Assembly (NCBI GenBank): GCA_002269645.1
Contig: NIVC01000283.1
Coordinates: forward strand, 248,001-312,000
Origin: Macrostomum lignano
Lineage: Eukaryota
Reading direction: 5' to 3'
Length of the DNA stretch: 64,000 nt
Each line of letters starts with the position of its first letter. The stretch's first letter is position 1. Shown here piece after piece: positions 63,510 through 64,000 of the stretch. The notes below the pieces were generated by a model, which did no database searches, was not told where the DNA came from, and saw only the letters and a program-made list of their open reading frames with translations. The translations under genes were made by a program, and so were the position numbers.

Positions 63510-64000
63510 ATGCCAATTTTTTGAAAGGAACGAGCACAAATCAAAGCCAATTTAACTAATCTGTTGTTGGTTGAAGTCTTGAAAGAGCAATTTGCAAATA
63601 TAAATTTATTGGTTCAAAGACAGCGCGCAGATATTGTAGAAAATGAAGTTTATCAGGTGAAACTTCTTTGCCTCTATAATTATAAGTGGTAACTTATTCT
63701 CTCGTTTTATATGCATCAATTATAATATAAAAGCTTTGTAGTGTACAACGGCGGTAATACTGCAGAGAAATGGCTTTAGTGGTAAAAAATTAACGATTAA
63801 GAATTGCTAAACAACGTCGCCATGCCAATTAGAAGCACTGGAGTAAGAAACCGAGAAGGTGCCTGCAGGGCAGGTGGGAAACTCTTACATAGCATTGTAA
63901 GTTGGCTTTTGCTCAAGAGTGTGCAAACAGTCTCAAGCACGTTGTGAGCTTGTGCAGGCAGTCACCAAGTATAAGGCAGAAACTATTCAAAGATCAAAAA

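Overview
Eukaryotic, TE-dense invertebrate genomic window. Short GT-AG introns, GC-rich exons and intronic minisatellites make a flatworm-like host plausible, but that is inference. From 1 to 39 kb it is mostly nested, decayed mobile DNA: a near-intact rosa (DD41D) Tc1/mariner, an intron-containing KDZ (Kyakuja-Dileera-Zisupton) transposase, an EnSpm/CMC transposase, a hAT MITE, a Polinton/adintovirus remnant (integrase, parvovirus-type PLA2, pX-like core protein, penton tail), an intact unassigned 295-aa ORF, two PPT-LTR-PBS modules, a mariner fragment, a Merlin transposase and a complete 6.5-kb hAT element with an 8-bp TSD. From 40 to 64 kb lie host genes: a claudin-like gene whose coding intron is about 96% a 22-bp minisatellite, an orphan signal-peptide exon resembling lipase exon 1, a Gypsy element with identical LTRs (a solo LTR nested in the 3' LTR), a 5'-truncated LOA-like LINE with a 12-bp TSD, and two tandem pancreatic-lipase-family genes. 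These share a near-identical 310-bp tract, and one appears to lack the PLAT domain. No rRNA, bona fide tRNA or CRISPR array was found. All calls come from reading the sequence and recognising motifs; no database searches were run.
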